This document shows positions 8,595 through 18,494 of a stretch of DNA of 64,000 bases, one piece after another. This DNA comes from Thermoproteota archaeon (GTDB lineage: Archaea > Thermoproteota > Methanomethylicia > Methanomethylicales > Methanomethylicaceae): the NCBI GenBank assembly GCA_030055575.1, contig JASFYL010000001.1:3545-67544 (forward strand), in the 5' to 3' direction. Numbering within the stretch: position 1 is the first letter of the stretch; every line of letters starts with the position of its first letter. The translations under genes were made by a program, and so were the position numbers. The notes under the pieces were generated by a model. The model worked only from the letters and a program-made list of their open reading frames with translations, did no database searches and was not told the DNA's origin.

Positions 8595-10046
8595 TTAGAA
8601 CCACCTGGTTATCAGTACCTTCTTCTGCGTGTAGAATTCTACAGAGTCCATTGCCTGGGCATGTAGATCTCCGAAGAACGACTCCTTCCAGCCACTGAAT
8701 GGGAAGAAATAGATGGGGGCCGCGATTCCGATGTTGATTCCGACGTTGCCTGCCTGGATCCTGTAGCTGAACTCTCTGGCTGCTTTACCGCTACTCGTGA
8801 ATATCGATGCCGCATTGCCGTATATCGACGAATTGGCCATATCGATCGCTTCGTCAAGAGACTCTGCCTTCCTGATACACATGACTGGTCCGAAGATCTC
8901 TTCCTTGAAGATCGTCATGTCTGGGGTTACTTCGTCAAATATTGTGGGCCCAATGAAGTATCCATTGGGATACTTTTCACATTTGAACTTCCTTCCGTCT
9001 AGGAGGAGCTTGGCTCCCTCTTGGATCCCTTTCTCAATATATTCCAACACTTTGTCGTACTGCCCTTTTGATGCTAGTGGACCCATCTGCGTCTCAGGGT
9101 CGAGACCATACCCAATCCTGATTTTAGAGGCGGCTTCTACCAATGCCCTCTTGAATGGCTCGTAGGCTTCTCCTACTGGGACGAAATTCTCTCCAGCCAA
9201 GCACCTCTGACCTGTACAGCCACAGGCAGATGTGATGCAGGCCGATATCGTGTTCTTCATATCCGCATCAGGCATTATTACGATAAAGTTCTTGGCTTGG
9301 CCTTGGCACTGCGCCCTCATGCCCGTTTCGGCGGCCTTCTTGTAGATGTGTCGGGCTACTGGGGTTGAGCCAACGAAAGATACCGCTTTCACCTCGGGGC
9401 TAGAAAGAAGCACATCCGATACATTCCTGCTACCATTTACTAGATTAATAACACCAGGCGGGAATCCTGCTTCCTCAGCGAGTTCAACTATCCTCTTCGC
9501 CGTCAGTGGGACTTGACTGGAGGGCTTGAGTATAAACGTATTGCCGCAGGCTACTGCCAAAGGAAGGAACCATAATGGTATCATGGCTGGGAAGTTGTAC
9601 GGCGTGAGCCCGACGCAGATCCCTAGCGGCTCCCTCACGTATGCCTCATCTATCCCTTTTGCGACGTCCTCTTCTATGTCTCCTACCATCATCATCGGTA
9701 TACCGCAGGCAAGCTCTACGGTTTCTATGCCTCTCTTGAGGTCTCCCCTCGCCTCGTCCAAGATCTTACCGTGCTCCTTGACAATTATTTCAGAGATCTC
9801 TTCAAAATTCTGGTCCAGGAGATTCCTGAACTCGAAAAGGTACCTCACCCTTGTGGTAGGCGGCGTGCACCTCCACTCCCAGAATGCTTCATTGGCTGCC
9901 TTGATGGCTTCTTGCACTTCCTCGTTTGTAGACTTTGGTACCTTGGCTAGAACCTCTAGAGTAGCGGGATTAATGACATCGAGCGTCTCCGTACTGCGCG
10001 ATTCGACCCATTCTCCATTTATGTAATTCTTTAGGACTTCGACCAA
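8595..10046 (-). CDS. mmsA: CoA-acylating (methyl)malonate-semialdehyde dehydrogenase
   Basis: PYNFPAMIPLW, SFVGSTPVA, AKNF in place of ELGGK, GQRCLA, EEIFGPV, FSGWKESFFGDLH. Confidence 0.88.
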   Translation of the reverse strand: MVEVLKNYINGEWVESRSTETLDVINPATLEVLAKVPKSTNEEVQEAIKAANEAFWEWRCTPPTTRVRYLFEFRNLLDQNFEEISEIIVKEHGKILDEARGDLKRGIETVELACGIPMMMVGDIEEDVAKGIDEAYVREPLGICVGLTPYNFPAMIPLWFLPLAVACGNTFILKPSSQVPLTAKRIVELAEEAGFPPGVINLVNGSRNVSDVLLSSPEVKAVSFVGSTPVARHIYKKAAETGMRAQCQGQAKNFIVIMPDADMKNTISACITSACGCTGQRCLAGENFVPVGEAYEPFKRALVEAASKIRIGYGLDPETQMGPLASKGQYDKVLEYIEKGIQEGAKLLLDGRKFKCEKYPNGYFIGPTIFDEVTPDMTIFKEEIFGPVMCIRKAESLDEAIDMANSSIYGNAASIFTSSGKAAREFSYRIQAGNVGINIGIAAPIYFFPFSGWKESFFGDLHAQAMDSVEFYTQKKVLITRWF

Positions 10047-10234
10047 CTTTATGCCTCCGTTTTAAATTCTGTCATGTATTTTGCTTGTTGGCTTTGAGTG
10101 AAAGCCGATTTATTATATTTAAACTTTTATCATGGGCTGAAATAATCTGTAATTATAAGTAAATTATAGCCCTCATGCCGCGTTGGCACATCTTTTATAA
10201 TTGGAAGTCTTCAAACGATTGCAGGCGATGTGCC

Positions 10235-10657
10235 TTGAATAAAATAGCATCTGGAAACCTTGTTTTCATAAGATTGGATGATGGAGAGGAGGTGGTTTCC
10301 TCGCTCAAGAAGGTGGTGACCGAAGAATGTCTTGAGACAGCGATTATACTTTCATTCGTTGGTGCGCTACGGCATACAAGGTTAATCGTTAGGAAAGGGG
10401 TAGAGAAGGAAGTCGAACATCACGTTGAGGTTGTTGGGAATGGCAATATTACACGATTGGATTCAGAACCATTCATACACCTACACCTTGCTGTTGGAAG
10501 TGATGAGGGGTCTTGGGTTGGGCACCTCCTTACTGGCACCGTTGATATCTTCTGCGAGATTGCCTTGGCTAGGACTGCCTTCCCGATGAAGCGAAGTTAC
10601 AGCAAAGAGCTCGCCAATGCCGGCGTCACTGTACCATTTCGCTTGGAGTGGGGGTAA
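10235..10657 (+). CDS. PPC/DUF296 domain protein
   Basis: IRLDDGEEV, VGAL, GNIT, HLHLAVG, GHLL. Confidence 0.85.
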   Translation: MNKIASGNLVFIRLDDGEEVVSSLKKVVTEECLETAIILSFVGALRHTRLIVRKGVEKEVEHHVEVVGNGNITRLDSEPFIHLHLAVGSDEGSWVGHLLTGTVDIFCEIALARTAFPMKRSYSKELANAGVTVPFRLEWG

Positions 10658-10667
10658 TCCATTGGTA

Positions 10668-11114
10668 ATGCTTTCTGATTTGGGTATCCTTGAACAAATC
10701 GAACAGGGGAAATTGAAGCTCGATCCCTTTTCCAAAGATTGCCTTTCTGCTTCAGGATACGACCTCCGTTCAGATGTAGAGATCGTGCTTCCTAAGGGGG
10801 CTCATGCCCTTGTGCACACTCTCGAGAGAGTAGAGCTCCCTCCATACATCGCAGGGCAGCTCTTTCTAAGATCATCGTTTGCAAGAGAGGGACTGATCGG
10901 GAGTTTGGCACTGGTTGATCCCGGCTTTAGGGGTCAGCTGACAGTTTCATTGGTGAACATGGGGAGCGGAAATGTGGCAATTGACAAGGGCGAAAGACTG
11001 TTACAGATAGTCTTCCATAAACTTGACAGACCATCATCGAGACCCTATGTAGGGAAATACCAAGATAGTGTAGGCACAGTTGAGAGCAAGAGATTTTTTC
11101 AAATAAATATGTAA
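10668..11114 (+). CDS. dcd: dCTP deaminase/dUTPase family protein
   Basis: GYDLR, RSSFAREG, VDPGFRGQLT, PYVGKYQ. Confidence 0.88.
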   Translation: MLSDLGILEQIEQGKLKLDPFSKDCLSASGYDLRSDVEIVLPKGAHALVHTLERVELPPYIAGQLFLRSSFAREGLIGSLALVDPGFRGQLTVSLVNMGSGNVAIDKGERLLQIVFHKLDRPSSRPYVGKYQDSVGTVESKRFFQINM

Positions 11115-11146
11115 AAATTAAAATATGGTGACTTGATAAACTGACG

Positions 11147-11902
11147 ATGTCTATGGAGATGTGCACGTTGGCATTGACCCGCTACGAGTATCTGAAGCGA
11201 CAGATCAGGGCAGTGGAGTTTCTTAGGCTGACCAAGAGCGTAAAATCTTACCAAGAACTAATGAAGATGACTGGAATTCCAATAACTGTGCTTAACAGGT
11301 ATGTCAAAGGGCATATACTGCCGAGTCCAGAGCGTGCCGCCTCCATTATAGATAGGCTGGAGAAAGGATATGACGTTACGAGCCATATAATGGACAAGAT
11401 ATCGTTTGATAAAGGTGGTTTTCTCGACAACACTAAAGTACTCGGCGACACACTTCTGCTGAAGTACGTCGCAGATCAGGTCGTACAGCGCTTGGCAGGT
11501 AGGAGAGTCAGCAAGGTTCTTACAGTCGCAGTCGACGGGATCCCTCTCGCTGTGCACATAGCATCTGCATTCGGTGTGCCCCTGCTTTATGCAAAGAAAG
11601 AAAAGGAGATAGGCGTGCCGACTTTTTTGGAGGAGACATATACTGTTTCCAAGGCTGGTATTCAGGTCTCCCTCTACATCCCAAAGGACGGAATAGAAAA
11701 GAGGGATAGTGTCCTGATTACGGACGATGTTGTGAGATCTGGAGAGCAGCTGAAAGCACTCGTAAACTTGGTTAAACGAAGCAAGGCGGAGATAGCCGGC
11801 ATATTCGTTCTTATAGCGGTTGGCGAGAAATGGAAACGGGAGATCGACGACTCAGCTAACTACCCTGTCTATTCCATTGCCACCTTGCCTGAAAAGGAGT
11901 GA
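11147..11902 (+). CDS. HTH plus phosphoribosyltransferase domain protein (PurR-like)
   Basis: N-terminal HTH (TGIPITVLNRYVKG); PRPP motif VLITDDVVRSG. Confidence 0.85.
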   Translation: MSMEMCTLALTRYEYLKRQIRAVEFLRLTKSVKSYQELMKMTGIPITVLNRYVKGHILPSPERAASIIDRLEKGYDVTSHIMDKISFDKGGFLDNTKVLGDTLLLKYVADQVVQRLAGRRVSKVLTVAVDGIPLAVHIASAFGVPLLYAKKEKEIGVPTFLEETYTVSKAGIQVSLYIPKDGIEKRDSVLITDDVVRSGEQLKALVNLVKRSKAEIAGIFVLIAVGEKWKREIDDSANYPVYSIATLPEKE

Positions 11903-12907
11903 GAGATCATATGGGGGATCTACCACCCCCACCTCAGTAATTATCCCGGATACAAGCTCTCTAGGCGTTATGTCAAAGGCGGGGTTTATTACCTTAGTCC
12001 CATCGGGTGCGATCTTGATCCCACGAATGCACGTTACTTCAGTAGGTGAACGTTCTTCGATGATTACATCCTCGATGTTTTTCGCAAGATCTATTGTAGA
12101 GAGAGGCGCTGCCACATAGAACGGAATCCCGTGGTGCCTTGCAAGCGCTGCAATGCCGTAGGTGCCTATTTTGTTTACTACATCTCCGTACCTTGTGATT
12201 AAATCCGCTCCAACGATTATCTTATTGACAAGCCTTTGACGCATTACATACCCTACCATGTTATCTGTTAGTAGTCTGAAGGGGATCCCTTCGTTCTTCA
12301 ACTCAAAGGCAGTAAGCCTTGCGCCTTGGAGGAGAGGTCTGGTTTCAGTGGCATACACAATAAAGTTTTTACCCTCTTCAGCGGCGCTCCTCACAACACC
12401 GAGGGCAGTGCCGTGCTCGACACAAGCGAGTGCACCGGCATTGCAGTGGGTCAAAACTCCGTCTCCATCTTCAATTAGCTCGGCACCGTTCCGACCGATC
12501 GCTCTGCACACTGCCACGTCCTCCTCTGCAATCGAGATCGCCTCGCTGACTATTCTTTTCACAAGTTCCTTTGGTTCGGACGAGGAGGCGCTTATCCATG
12601 TCCTCCTCATCCTCTCCAGCGCCCAAAATAGATTCCTGGCAGTCGGTCTAGTCTTTCTTAGTCTTTCATATGCATCCTCGAGCTTGTTTTGAAGATCTTC
12701 GCATGAAGCCAATGTACAACCTTTGGCAGCAAGGGCGATGCCCATCGCAGCCGCGACTCCAATAGCTGGGGCCCCCCTTACTTCCATCCTTTCGATCGCT
12801 TTGGCAATCCGTTCGTACTCCTCGCATCTTATGATATTCACTTCGTCAGGCAAGGCTGTCTGGTCGATGATGTATACTCCGTCCTCTTTCCACTCTATCG
12901 TCCTCAA
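11852..12907 (-). CDS. mtnA: Methylthioribose-1-phosphate isomerase (eIF2B-like family)
   Basis: VRGAPAIG, RPTARNL, THCNAGALA, ETRPLLQGARLT, NPAFDITP. Confidence 0.9.
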   Translation of the reverse strand: MRTIEWKEDGVYIIDQTALPDEVNIIRCEEYERIAKAIERMEVRGAPAIGVAAAMGIALAAKGCTLASCEDLQNKLEDAYERLRKTRPTARNLFWALERMRRTWISASSSEPKELVKRIVSEAISIAEEDVAVCRAIGRNGAELIEDGDGVLTHCNAGALACVEHGTALGVVRSAAEEGKNFIVYATETRPLLQGARLTAFELKNEGIPFRLLTDNMVGYVMRQRLVNKIIVGADLITRYGDVVNKIGTYGIAALARHHGIPFYVAAPLSTIDLAKNIEDVIIEERSPTEVTCIRGIKIAPDGTKVINPAFDITPRELVSGIITEVGVVDPPYDLSLLFRQGGNGIDRVVS

Positions 12908-13395
12908 TTCGCGTCCTCCCCTATCATATAAATCAATCTTCTTACCATCGTCCTGAGCCCTTCATTTACTGGTTTACTGATACCTTTTCCAAAATCAATT
13001 GATTTGGGCTGTATTCCCAAGAGCATTATTTTTACTCCAGGGATCCCCTCCCTCAAGACTGAAAATAGGAGCCTCATAGACTGTTTATGTGTGGAAAGCG
13101 ATCTGGTTATCAGTAACTCCTCGTCTACGAACCTGAACTCCCCTGGCTTAGCACCCATCTCTACCGCATCAATAAACAGTATGTGGCTAGGGGACAGTCT
13201 CTTCATCTCACCTGTGTAGTTCTCTGGGGTCTCGCCGCAGTCCATGAGTGCGACGTTCCCTTTGACCTTCCCTTTCATTCTACTGATGGCTGAACAACCT
13301 GCGGCATCGTCTCCCCTCATCCTGTTCCCGACTCCAACGATTAATAAGCTCTTATATCCTGACAGAAACTCTGAAAGGGTTTCCTCGAAGAGCAT
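12904..13395 (-). CDS. [NiFe]-hydrogenase maturation protease (HycI-like)
   Basis: GVGNRMRGDDAAG, GETPEN, IDAV, STH, LGIQP. Confidence 0.9.
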   Translation of the reverse strand: MLFEETLSEFLSGYKSLLIVGVGNRMRGDDAAGCSAISRMKGKVKGNVALMDCGETPENYTGEMKRLSPSHILFIDAVEMGAKPGEFRFVDEELLITRSLSTHKQSMRLLFSVLREGIPGVKIMLLGIQPKSIDFGKGISKPVNEGLRTMVRRLIYMIGEDAN

Positions 13396-13425
13396 ATAGA
13401 TAAGCTCTTTTACTTGGGTTTATAG

Positions 13426-13962
13426 GTGTTCTCCTTGCCTGACGCCCTCCCAAAGGCAACTATGAGAGGAAACGAATGCTTCATATCTGGGCCTGATGCA
13501 GATAGGCTCCACCAACAGGGGGCGGTGGGGGAACTAAAAAAAGGGACCTTGGTGTTGCTGGATGTGGAAGCTCTTTACCTCCTCGACAGGGGGAAAATCT
13601 CTGTCTGCGACCAAAATGGATCAGAGGTAAGTTTTGAAGCCCTCATTGGGCAACTAGAGGAGTCTGACCAAGAGATCTGGCTTAGGTACCTTCTTTACTC
13701 GGATCTGAGAAAGAGGGGTTATGTGGTTAAACCGGGATTCGGTCCTAAGCTAGAGTACAGGGTTTATGAAAGGGGTGCACAAGTGGGAAAATCCCCAGCG
13801 AAATATCTTGTCTTTGGCCTTGTGGAGGGAAAGACAGTCAAAATATCTGAGATTGCTTCGATCTCTGAGTCAGCTAAGCTTTCAAAGAAGGATCTTATCT
13901 TGGCAGTGATTGATCGGCAAGGGGAGATCACTTACTATGACACAACCGAGGTCAGCCTCTGA
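13426..13962 (+). CDS. tRNA splicing endonuclease subunit, probably the non-catalytic structural subunit
   Basis: EALYL, YSDLRKRGYVVK, AVIDRQGEITYY; catalytic His position reads KSPAKY. Confidence 0.85.
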   Translation: MFSLPDALPKATMRGNECFISGPDADRLHQQGAVGELKKGTLVLLDVEALYLLDRGKISVCDQNGSEVSFEALIGQLEESDQEIWLRYLLYSDLRKRGYVVKPGFGPKLEYRVYERGAQVGKSPAKYLVFGLVEGKTVKISEIASISESAKLSKKDLILAVIDRQGEITYYDTTEVSL

Positions 13963-14806
13963 GCGTGTTCTGGCAACCATTAGGTTAGTACGTCCCACGA
14001 ACTCTGTAATGATGGGGTTGGCTGTAATCATCGGTGAAGTGGCTGTCTTGGGCAATGTTCCGCCTTTTTATGAAATGGTTGCGGGGTTCCTTGTGTCTTT
14101 CTTCCTGACCACATCATCAATGGCAATGAACGACTATGTCGATTTGGAGATAGACATGATAAATCAGCCTAGCCGACCCCTTCCCTCTGGTGCCATACCA
14201 AAGCAAGTTGCACTCTATCTCGCCGGGCTCACAGGATTCCTCGGAATACTCGCTGCTGTGCCATTCGATTGGGGAGCCACTGCTCTGGCTATAGTCACTT
14301 TCGCCATGTCCACTTTGTACAATCTATACGGAAAGAGGACTGGTTTCTGGGGCAACCTCATGGTATCCTACTGCGTCGCAGTCCCATTCCTGTTTGGAGG
14401 GATCATGGTGATGCAGAAAGTTAACGCCACCTCTTTGACATTCTTCCTTTTAGCATTCCTAGCAAATGCGGGGAGAGAGGTTACCAAAGGGATAGCAGAC
14501 ATGGAAGGAGACCGGGTCAGAGCGATCAAGACGGTCGCTCTGGTTCGGGGTGCAAGGTCTGCCGCCTTCCTTTCTGCGTTGCTATATTTGATCCCTGCTG
14601 CAATCTCCCCCTTACCCTACGTCTCTGGTCAGCTAGGTAACGCCTACCTCGCGTTGATTATCCCTGTAGACCTAGGGTTTGTCTACTCTTCTTATCTGAT
14701 AACAAAAAACTACGAGCAGAGCACTGCATTACGTGTGAAGACACAGGTGAGGTACTGGATGTTGCTAGGTCTTTTGGCATTCTTCTTTGGCGGGCTACTA
14801 AGGTGA
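13937..14806 (+). CDS. UbiA-family prenyltransferase, likely digeranylgeranylglyceryl phosphate synthase
   Basis: NDYVDLEIDMINQPSRPLPSG, REVTKGIADMEGD. Confidence 0.9.
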   Translation: MTQPRSASERVLATIRLVRPTNSVMMGLAVIIGEVAVLGNVPPFYEMVAGFLVSFFLTTSSMAMNDYVDLEIDMINQPSRPLPSGAIPKQVALYLAGLTGFLGILAAVPFDWGATALAIVTFAMSTLYNLYGKRTGFWGNLMVSYCVAVPFLFGGIMVMQKVNATSLTFFLLAFLANAGREVTKGIADMEGDRVRAIKTVALVRGARSAAFLSALLYLIPAAISPLPYVSGQLGNAYLALIIPVDLGFVYSSYLITKNYEQSTALRVKTQVRYWMLLGLLAFFFGGLLR

Positions 14807-16102
14807 ATTATTGCAGCCAGTCACAATGTGTCGTATCTGGGAGAGGTCTGCCTTATGTTCTTTATTGGTTTTCATATCCTTGAGACTATATGTGCCTGTC
14901 TTTATCTCCTCAGGACCAACTATCAACACGAATGGAATCCCTCTAGAGTCAGCATATTCTAGCTGCCGCCCGAGCTTCCTTCCCATTAGGTCGATCTCTG
15001 ATGGTATGCCCATGTTGATCAGTTCCCTACCTATCCTTATCGCTTGCGACATTAATGCTTCGTTCACATATGCCACAAAAACTTTCGTCGATGGGGAAAC
15101 CTCCGAACTTAAATCTTCCTTAAGAACTTCATAGAGCCTCTCGACCCCCAAGGAGATACCTGTTGCTGGCGTCGGCACCCCCCCAAATTTTTCGATAAGC
15201 CTGTCATACCTTCCCCCTCCCGCAATACTGCCTATCTCCCTTGTCTTTGCTTTCACCTCGAATACGGGACCTGTATAGTAATCAAGCCCCCTTACCAAAC
15301 TGAAGTCAACAACCACCGCCCCTTTTAACCCAAAGATGTCTGCGAGTTCAATCATCCTCCTGAGCTCGGCTATGCCTTCGGTAGCTTGTCTGCTCTCCCG
15401 CAGCCTCTCTTCGACAAAGGAGACTGCTTCCTCCCCTTTGATACGCGTGAATTCCAGGAGTTTTGCTGACTTTTCTGCATCAATCCCAAGTTTCTCGAGC
15501 TCCTCTGCAACCTTGGACTCTCCCACTTTATCCAACCTGTCAAGGGCATGAAAAACTCCCTCGGCGACTTTGTTGTCGATGCCGAGCGTCTCAACCATTC
15601 CCTCGAGTATCTTCCTATTGTTCACCTTGACCTCGAACCCCTCAAGCCCTAGCCCCCTTAATGCATCCACAGCTGTCGAGATGCATACGACATCTGCCTC
15701 GATTCTGGGGGATCCAACGATGTCGATATCCGCTTGGACAAACTCCCTGAACCTGCCGCTTTGTGGCTCCTCATATCTCCAGACTTTAGAGATGCAATAG
15801 CGCTTGAATGGCTTCGGCAGATCGGGCATATTCGCAATTACCCTTGCAAGCGGGACCGTGAGATCGAATCTGAGGCCCAGCCACCTCCCTGCCTTGTCTT
15901 GGAATTTGTAGATTTGCCTCTCAACTTCCTCCCCTCCTTTGGTTGCAAGTACCTCCCAGAGCTCCAGCGCAGGCGTGTCCATTTCTTCAAACCCGTGGCT
16001 CTCAAAGACTGACCTTATCCTATCTATGATCAACCTTCTGATCTTCATCTCTGCTGGCAGAAAATCTCTCGTCCCTCTTGGCCTCCCGAATTTCATCTTC
16101 AT
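14798..16102 (-). CDS. hisS: Histidyl-tRNA synthetase
   Basis: PRGTRD, LRFDLTVP, GRFREFVQ, VRGLDYYTG, GGGRYD; start trimmed to MKMKF. Confidence 0.97.
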   Translation of the reverse strand: MKMKFGRPRGTRDFLPAEMKIRRLIIDRIRSVFESHGFEEMDTPALELWEVLATKGGEEVERQIYKFQDKAGRWLGLRFDLTVPLARVIANMPDLPKPFKRYCISKVWRYEEPQSGRFREFVQADIDIVGSPRIEADVVCISTAVDALRGLGLEGFEVKVNNRKILEGMVETLGIDNKVAEGVFHALDRLDKVGESKVAEELEKLGIDAEKSAKLLEFTRIKGEEAVSFVEERLRESRQATEGIAELRRMIELADIFGLKGAVVVDFSLVRGLDYYTGPVFEVKAKTREIGSIAGGGRYDRLIEKFGGVPTPATGISLGVERLYEVLKEDLSSEVSPSTKVFVAYVNEALMSQAIRIGRELINMGIPSEIDLMGRKLGRQLEYADSRGIPFVLIVGPEEIKTGTYSLKDMKTNKEHKADLSQIRHIVTGCNNSP

Positions 16103-16204
16103 CGCCTTGCCTTGGGAAAGGTTGCTTTTACCATTAAATAAACCTCTTGGCTCAAAGTGAACGCCTGTAAAAATATTAATAGGCTCTCTCTCACAATCAA
16201 CTGG

Positions 16205-16294
16205 GGGCCCGTAGCTCAGTACGGTAGAGCAGCGGGCTTTTAAGGAAACGGAGAAACCCGTTGGTCTCGGGTTCAAATCCCGACGGGCCCGCCA
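16205..16294 (+). tRNA. tRNA-Lys(TTT) with 13-nt intron (16243-16255) at position 37/38, CCA encoded
   Basis: Acceptor GGGCCCG/CGGGCCC; GCGGG-CTTTTA-[AGGAAACGGAGAA]-A-CCCGT; bulge-helix-bulge can be drawn. Confidence 0.93.
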
Positions 16295-16460
16295 TCGTAT
16301 CTTTTTGTTTCAAAATCTCATCAGAAAACATTCCAGTCAAAAAATCGACTGACGAAGTGTTTTCCAGTTCCTTACTCGGCGAACTGGTTCTCCATGGAGT
16401 TTTTCACCCCAACTTGAGACTCAAGCAGGAATGCTGGCTTAACCATGCTAAAAATAAGCT

Positions 16461-17567
16461 CTACTGTTGTTTCAATGATGAGTATTTGGGCAGCTCGTCA
16501 GGTCTGAGTCTGATTAGTTTCTCTTTTCCGTAGACCTTGACCAAGATTCCTTCCTCACCAAGCTTCATTTCTGACGGCACCAATTCTGAAGGAACTTCAA
16601 TGAAGCGCATCTCTTTCAAATCGAAGAGGTCTGCATGGCTTCCTGCCCTTCCATCGAGTCTAACCATTCTTATCTGCTCCTCACCCAACACCATGAGCTC
16701 ATCCGAATCGCTTGGACCGATGGTCTTGTGTCGTCCCACGAAGTCCTCTACGACCGTTCTTCCCCGATCAAAACCTATGATGCGGTATATGTTGCCCCGG
16801 AGAGTGACTAATTCCCCCGTCCTGTACTTCGGTATTTTTACACTAATCGTATTCTTGTATAGTCTTCCTCCCGTCCTCCTGTCGACTCCAACGAGCTTGG
16901 GGCTCTCTTGGATCGAAGCGCCAAAGTCCTCATGCAGCTTCTTTGCGAAGATCCTAGCGCTGGTCAGGGATGAGAACTTGATGTCGTACCCTCCCTCTTT
17001 CTCTTTTATTTCGACAATCACGTCCCTCTGTTGGTTCGATACCCTCCTCGAAAAACTTGATACTGCCTCCTTCAGACTTTGTTGATCCCGGTGATCAAAT
17101 GCTCTGTCAGATGCCCTAACCTGAACGACCGCCTCATGTTCTCCCCTCTCATACTTCATGCATACGCTGCAGTTTGTGTATTCTACAAAAGCTAATAACG
17201 AGGTTTTATATCGACTCGATTTCTCTTTCTCTTTAAGGTTGACCTGCAACAAGACCGTCTTGGGGTGACCTCTGTCATTTCTATCGATGACCTCTCCCGA
17301 TATCCTGTCGATTATCACCTGTTCTGGAAGCCGAGTCTGCCTCTCTAGCTCTGATTCAGTTGCCACAATTGCTTTCCAGTCCTCATCGCCTGCGTCATGC
17401 TGCCTAACCCACATCTTTCCTTGGAGGTAGGACCTGCATTCGGGACACATTGTCACGGTCAGGTCCTGGGGTAGCTTGATTTCTATTTCTTTCCAATAAC
17501 ATCTACTGCATAGGCTGTGGATGTACTCGTCAGCTTCACAGCCGCACTTGGCACAAAAACGCCCCAT
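16461..17567 (-). CDS. NMD3 family ribosome biogenesis protein
   Basis: Four CxxC pairs, EAVVQVR, KLVGVD, TISVKIP. Confidence 0.9.
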   Translation of the reverse strand: MGRFCAKCGCEADEYIHSLCSRCYWKEIEIKLPQDLTVTMCPECRSYLQGKMWVRQHDAGDEDWKAIVATESELERQTRLPEQVIIDRISGEVIDRNDRGHPKTVLLQVNLKEKEKSSRYKTSLLAFVEYTNCSVCMKYERGEHEAVVQVRASDRAFDHRDQQSLKEAVSSFSRRVSNQQRDVIVEIKEKEGGYDIKFSSLTSARIFAKKLHEDFGASIQESPKLVGVDRRTGGRLYKNTISVKIPKYRTGELVTLRGNIYRIIGFDRGRTVVEDFVGRHKTIGPSDSDELMVLGEEQIRMVRLDGRAGSHADLFDLKEMRFIEVPSELVPSEMKLGEEGILVKVYGKEKLIRLRPDELPKYSSLKQQ

Positions 17568-17577
17568 TTAAGAAGCC

Positions 17578-17886
17578 TCATATCAATATGAACTGCGCGT
17601 GTGGAACCCCTTCTATTGTGACCACTCCTTCATCATGGACTAAACCGGCGTCCTTGCCGCATTGGACAGCAACCTCCCCCACAAGGTTGGCAACGGTCGC
17701 TCTCTTCAGATAGTCAACGGCAGCATCCGGACTAACCAACTCTCCTTTGTAAAATGCTTCATTCACGTCAAGGAGCAACTTCCCGTCAGAGAACCTCTTC
17801 CCCATAAGGTGCCGGTCACATACCGCCACCATCACTTCCCCCTCTCGGATCGCCCACACTTTCACGAAAAGCTTTACCTCTGCCAT
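17578..17886 (-). CDS. DUF424 family protein
   Basis: VAVCD, FYKGE, ANLVG, IEGVPHAQ; usual neighbour of aIF2-beta. Confidence 0.88.
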   Translation of the reverse strand: MAEVKLFVKVWAIREGEVMVAVCDRHLMGKRFSDGKLLLDVNEAFYKGELVSPDAAVDYLKRATVANLVGEVAVQCGKDAGLVHDEGVVTIEGVPHAQFILI

Positions 17887-17895
17887 CTGACCGCC

Positions 17896-18318
17896 TCAAA
17901 TTAGAGTCTTGGCTGGGTTCTTAGCACCACATACTTCACAAGCTATGAATGTCAGGCGGTCTTCCCTTACAAGCTTGGTGTCTGGCTTATTGCATGAGCT
18001 GCAGAGCACGTATGCCTTGATGTACCTGACGATTAGGTCGTCTACGACCTCCTTTGAGAACTTTCCATTCAGTGAGGCCCTTGCGTCTTCAAGGGTGCCA
18101 GATGTGGCTAGCTCTCTTACCATGAATTTGAGCACATGGTTGGGGCTTCGGTTCAGCCTAGATGCCACCTCCTTGAAGTTGTTGATTATGGTCTTGGAGC
18201 CGATCACGGTGACTTCTGCTTTTGGGGTTTCGTATTTTGATGATTTGAATGCCTTCTCAGGGATCTTTGAAAAGCCTCTCTGGAGGAGAGACTCATAATC
18301 GATGGCCATTCCTACCAC
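17896..18318 (-). CDS. eif2b: Translation initiation factor aIF2 beta subunit
   Basis: KTIINNF, RELATSG, YVLCSSCNKPDT...CEVCGA. Confidence 0.95.
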   Translation of the reverse strand: MVGMAIDYESLLQRGFSKIPEKAFKSSKYETPKAEVTVIGSKTIINNFKEVASRLNRSPNHVLKFMVRELATSGTLEDARASLNGKFSKEVVDDLIVRYIKAYVLCSSCNKPDTKLVREDRLTFIACEVCGAKNPAKTLI

Positions 18319-18494
18319 TCAAGTATGGAAGCATTAAACAGCTATAAATCCTTATAGTGAGTGGTTGTAAAAAGATCCCATTTATTGAGCAGTGCAGCTA
18401 CTTGGGAGTTCACAATGAGGTTACATGAATTGCTTTCTTGAGACATATTAAATAATAAGTAAAGCTCAATAAATACGTCAAAAGAGTGGTGATT

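Noticed and set aside
11852-11902. Convergent 3' gene overlaps (also at 645-682, 22434-22447, 63687-63730)
   Set aside because: Common in compact archaeal genomes, with no sign of a special function
16103-16276. N-terminal extension of the HisRS ORF; similar extensions on the radical SAM, epimerase, Trm112 and protease ORFs
   Set aside because: ORF-caller extensions through tRNAs, promoters or neighbouring genes; homology starts at later Met codons
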